Source: Eledone cirrhosa (lineage: Eukaryota). Taken from it: DNA of 64,000 bases. Shown here one piece after another: positions 58,750-64,000 of this stretch. The first letter of the stretch is position 1; each line of letters begins with the position of its first letter. A program made the translations under genes and the position numbers. Location: assembly GCA_964016885.1 (NCBI GenBank), contig OZ024742.1, positions 160,456,001-160,520,000 on the forward strand, read 5' to 3'. The notes beneath the pieces were generated by a model. That model was given only the letters and a program-made list of their open reading frames with translations, was not told the origin of the DNA and ran no database searches.

Positions 58750-59120
58750 AAATAAAGTGTCTTGCTCAAGGAAACAACACATCACCCGTTCCGAGAATTG
58801 AACTCACAACCTTTCGATTGAAAGCCTATTGCTCTAACCACTAAGCCATGCGCTTCACGTATATATATGTGTATATCAAACAACACATCACCCGTTCCGA
58901 GAATTGAACTCACAACCTTTCGATTGCAAGCCTATTGCTCTAACCACTAAGCCATGCGCTTCACGTATATATATGTGTATATATATATACATATATACAC
59001 ATATATATACGTGAAGCGCATGGCTTAGTGGTTAGAGCAATAGGCTTTCAATCGAAAGGTTGTGAGTTCAATTCTCGGAACGGGTGATGTGTTGTTTCCT
59101 TGAGCAAGACACTTTATTTA
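58750..59120. mobile_element. tRNA-derived SINE family 2 heads, tandem and inverted
   Basis: + copy at 59011-59118: tggcttagtggttag (A box), gagttcaattctc (B box), ccttgagcaagacacttt. Two - copies lie at 58750-58860 and 58880-58965. Confidence 0.85.
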
Positions 59121-59240
59121 TTATTATTAAGATGATTATGCAAATGAGGTTGACGTATAGGGCTGAAAGAAAATGTTATTTTTAGACGCTAGGTAGATTT
59201 AAATAATTATTTATATATATGTGTGTGTGTGTGTGTAGGA

Positions 59241-59440
59241 AGAGAGTTAGGACCCCGACGGCTGAGCTCCGGCCGTTACGACAGCTAAATCTGAACGCGT
59301 TCAGATCTAGCTGTCGAAACGGCCAGAGCTCAGCCGTTGGGGGTCCTGAATCTTTTCCTATTACCCACTCTACTACCCTAAGAATCGAGTACTCTGGTGC
59401 GTTATGGTCCACCTGGTTCCTTACCACACTTCCTTCGTTA
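59241..59440. mobile_element. Fold-back element with the 3' half of an HHR
   Basis: Hairpin centred on atctgaacgcgttcagat; the arms read GAAA-cggc-cagagctca-gccg-TY-gggg. Confidence 0.75.
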
Positions 59441-60668
59441 TATACACACACACACACACAATATATATATATATATATATGTATATATTTCGTATATATA
59501 TATATATATATACAAATATAATTTCAGCGATATCGTATTTCGGCGGCGGCCAAAGCAAAGCGAAACGCAATTTTCAAGATATGCCGGCAAGCGTTCAATG
59601 GACTAGGAAGAAGCCAGAGCAATTAACATACGTTTTAAGGGCCCGACACATTATAAAAATGGCTGTAAAGTGACAAGCCAGGCAGCCGACAAAACGAGCA
59701 AGCTAAATAGGTTAACAAAACATTTACCTGGACCTTCCTGGAACTTGGTGGTAAAATCCAGTGGGAGGTTCTGTGACACCTAAATCAAGTATACTGTCCG
59801 CTTTCGTTGTAATCTTTTGGTATAATGATCGAAGGAGGTAAACATTTTGTCAACAGGTTTTTTTCTCTCAACCGCCTACAAGGTTCAAATGCAGCATTAG
59901 TGGAGCCACTACCTCACATGGTTACCCTGCTAGGGAGGTAACCCATGTTTTTTGGCAGGTGCATGCAAAATGTGTAAAGGAATTGGAAAAAATTTCAAAA
60001 AACTGCACAAATCGAAAGGAGTACAGTTACGAAAAGTGTTTTGTATATGATAAATTTAGGAAAATTAACAAAGAGAAGACAAGACAATGAACTTAATCAA
60101 GGCAAAACGAAAACAAATTTTTGCGAAGGGGAAACCTTAAATATAAAAAAAAAAATATGAACGAAAGACACAGAACTCCAAAGTTTTAAGTCATTGAGAT
60201 GATCTTTGGAGTTTTGACATCTACCATTAGTACTGCTGGCCACCCGGGATGACAGCGTCATACATATACACATACAGGCACACACGCACATATGTATGCA
60301 TATATATATATATCCATTTCTCCGATGGTTCTTAACCCCACTATCAGGCTAAATAATTTCTTTAATTCCTTTAGTCTAAATACGGCGATAGCTTACATTT
60401 CTAATAATATATATATATGCATGTATGTATGTATATATATAAAGGGAAAGAGAGATTCGATAAACCTGAATATAGGTACAATAAAATGATAAACGGATAG
60501 ACAGGAAAATTCAAACACACACACACACACTCACACACACACATATGTATGTATATATTAATAGTTTTATTTTCATATGCCTGTATGTAAACTCCCCATT
60601 TGTATTTGTCCCCTTCTTTTGTGCCCTTGTGGCTAATAAAGAAATTTATCTATCTATCTATCTATCTA

Positions 60669-60844
<176 letters not shown>

Positions 60845-61676
60845 TGTATACATATATATAGTGGGCCATCAAGTATTATACTTGTAGAAATTTGTTTATT
60901 TTCTAAAATTTTCTACAAATGTCATATTTGATGACCCAATATTATATATACATATATGGAGAGAGAGAAAGCGATGTTTGTGTTTGAATGTGTGTTTGTT
61001 TGTGTGTGTGTGCGTTTGCGTCTGTCAGTGAGTATCGGTGTACGTATGTTAGATAATAGATAGACAAATAGATACAAGGTGTGTACGTATGGCAAAATAC
61101 GAGTAGAAAGATTATTAGATTGATAGATGGAATTATAAATCCAATCGACAAACCAACATATTTACACAGATGTAAAGAATATTAGATAAAAATGACATGC
61201 GGAAATGAGAGTAGAATTTCAAATTCCATGTTTTGTACAACATATATTAGTTTGATATTCAATAAAGATTTTCTCAAACGTTTTACCTAAAATAATTAAT
61301 ATGAACATATTAAAAGGTAATTATTCTCTCACAAAGAATAATTTCATCGGAATTTCTTTTAGTAAGATGATAGCGAGGAGATAACGACTCGAAGAGAATA
61401 AGGGAGTATTCTTTACACTTACTTACACACCAGATTTCTGGGAATGTATACAACACCTACAGTTTCTGCCAAATGAATACGTTAAAACGATGCATGCATA
61501 GACGTTGATATATATATATATATATTGGTATATATATATGTGCGTGTGTGTGTGTATATATGTATATGTATATATACATTTATATATATACATATACATA
61601 CACGCATACGCACACACACACGTATATATATGTATATATATATATATATATTGGTTATATATATATATATATGTAT

Positions 61677-61712
<36 letters not shown>

Positions 61713-61998
61713 TGCTTATATATATATATATACATATATTAAGACCAGTAAAACTATTTTTCAACATAGTATTCAGTACCTCAGAAGGTAGAGTGTGGGA
61801 AATCTAATACATTTCTGTTCTATGATAAGAGCTATATATGCATACACACACATGCACGCATAAATATATATATATAAATATATATTATGCATATATATAT
61901 ATATATATATCTTATCATGGAACAGGAATTTATTAGATTTCCCACCCTCTATTTATATTATATGTATATATATATATGTGTATAATACATACATACTT

Positions 61999-62055
<57 letters not shown>

Positions 62056-62202
62056 TTTAAGTATATGTTGGTTGTATACCAACACCTCAGTATGCAGATT
62101 GGAGTACTCGACGAAGTGCGCAGGTTGATTTGGTTACTCCGGAGTAATGTAAAATAAAATAAAAGAAATAAGTCAAATGTTTAAAATTTGGCTTCGTTTA
62201 TT

Positions 62203-62257
62203 ACTGCTATATATATTTCGGTGACAGCCATCTTTGGCTGTGACCTCTTCAGGCAGT
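62203..62257 (-). ncRNA. Hammerhead ribozyme, intact core
   Basis: Reverse complement of 62459-62513. Confidence 0.88.
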
Positions 62258-62458
62258 CCGAATTAGTGTGGTAGAGACGAGTACACATGTTGTTGAGGTG
62301 TATAACTTTGTCAATACTCTGATATGCCCAGTTCCTGGTTGGGTTGCTATTTCACTGAGGAACTGGAAATAACCCAACCAGGAACTGGGCATATCAGAGT
62401 ATTGACAAAGTTATACACCTCAACAACATGTGTACTCGTCTCTACCACACTAATTAGG

Positions 62459-62513
62459 ACTGCCTGAAGAGGTCACAGCCAAAGATGGCTGTCACCGAAA
62501 TATATATAGCAGT
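62459..62513 (+). ncRNA. Hammerhead ribozyme, intact core
   Basis: actgc-CTGAAGA-ggtcacagccaaagatggctgtcacc-GAAA-tatata-TA-gcagt. Confidence 0.9.
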
Positions 62514-63041
62514 AATAAACGAAGCCACATTTTAAACATTTGACTTATTTCTTTTATTTTATTTTATAGGAAAAAGTATTATCTTACCACAATTCCTTCG
62601 TTATATATATATACATATATATATGCTTATTTACATGCGTGAAGGAATTATTTGAAATACTCGATAATACATAAAGAAAAATGTTCAACAATATTTAACT
62701 ATAAATTTATATATAAACCCCAGTGTATTACCGCAATTCTTGTGGGTATTTGTCTTTATTGTCAATGTTGCTATCTTTTTCCACTTTTTTTCTTTTTTCA
62801 ACTTTCTCTTTTTCCCATCAAACGTTTATATGCACATGTGTGTCAATGTATATGATAATATACATATATATATATGTGTGTATTTATATATATATATATA
62901 TATACATATGATGTATATATATATCATGTATATATATATATATATATATATATTTTATATATATATATGTACATATATATATGTATACATATATATGTGT
63001 GTATTTATATATATATTAATATCATATATATATATACATAT

Positions 63042-63072
<31 letters not shown>

Positions 63073-63142
63073 CAGTATGTTATTATGTTATCTATATGTG
63101 TATATACGTTTGTATGAATGTATGTATAATAATAATCATAAT

Positions 63143-63717
63143 AACTGTTTCTACTTTTGGCACAAGGCATTACTGGTACTTTATTTTATCGACCCCCGTA
63201 AGGATGAATGGCAAAGTTAACTTCGGCAGGATTTGAACTCAGAATGGCAAGGGCCGTAATTCTATACGTCAAAGCATGGCGTCCGACCCTCTACCGATAC
63301 TGCCAACCCACCGCCCTAATAATAATCATAACATTTTCACATTAGGTAATAGACCAACAATTTTTTTGGAGGGTGAACTCGATTAAACTGCTCCAGTGCA
63401 TTACTGGTACTTTACTTTATCGACTCTGTAAGGATGAAAGGGAAAGCTAACCTCGCCGGGATTTGAACTCAGAACGTAAAGGAACGTAACTATAAGCCGC
63501 AAAGCATGTTGTCAATCGCTCTACGGATACCGCCAATAATAATTGTTTCTACTTTTGGCACAAGGCCAGCAATAACCCAGTACATTACTGGTACTTTATT
63601 TTATCGACCGCATAAGGATGAAAGGCAAAGTTAACCTCAGTGGGATTTGAACTCAGTCCGTAAAGGGACGTAACTGTGCTGCAAAGCATGGCGTCCGACC
63701 CTCTACCGATACTGACA
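63143..63717 (-). mobile_element. Three head-to-tail family-1 SINEs
   Basis: Three successive copies of ctggtacttta..atcgac..gtaaggatgaa..ggatttgaactcag..ctctaccgatac. Confidence 0.88.
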
Positions 63718-63889
63718 ATAATAATGTGGTTACATAACACATATTCTATATAACAATCACAAAAATAAAATAATAATGGAAATGATGAAACAAATCCTTT
63801 AACAACGTAAACCTAACGTAGCATTCATTGCATAATATAGCACCGAAGAAGAGAGCCACACAAGGACCCATGATATTCAGACTTCATTC

Positions 63890-63990
<101 letters not shown>

Positions 63991-64000
63991 CTATGTGCAG

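Larger units (their letters stand above)
62150..62567. mobile_element. Near-perfect fold-back with ~200-bp arms, carrying two opposed HHRs
   Basis: Arms 62150-62353 and 62366-62567 are reverse complements with few mismatches. Confidence 0.93.

Noticed and set aside
59011-59085. tRNA gene
   Set aside because: A and B boxes are present, but the sequence runs straight into a SINE body and is multicopy; it is a SINE head.

Overview
AT-rich, microsatellite-saturated eukaryotic DNA with no supportable host gene. The (TA)n/(CA)n/(GA)n density and the SINE types look like a cephalopod (octopus-like) genome; this is inference. Almost all listed ORFs are translations of simple repeats. The real content is mobile DNA: two decayed Penelope-like (RT + GIY-YIG) ORFs, an internally deleted mariner and a second mariner remnant, L1/Tx1-, RTE- and CR1-like LINE fragments, hAT and Tc2-like MITEs, and more than 20 tRNA-derived SINE copies. 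The most striking signal is non-coding. About 15 minimal type-I hammerhead ribozyme (HHR) motifs, from roughly 8-10 sequence families, sit in short elements inserted into (TA)n tracts, often as fold-back (inverted) pairs. One family is a ~420-bp ORF-less tandem repeat with one HHR per unit, which is the architecture of a retrozyme (circular-RNA retroelement). All structures were assigned by eye, and element boundaries are approximate.
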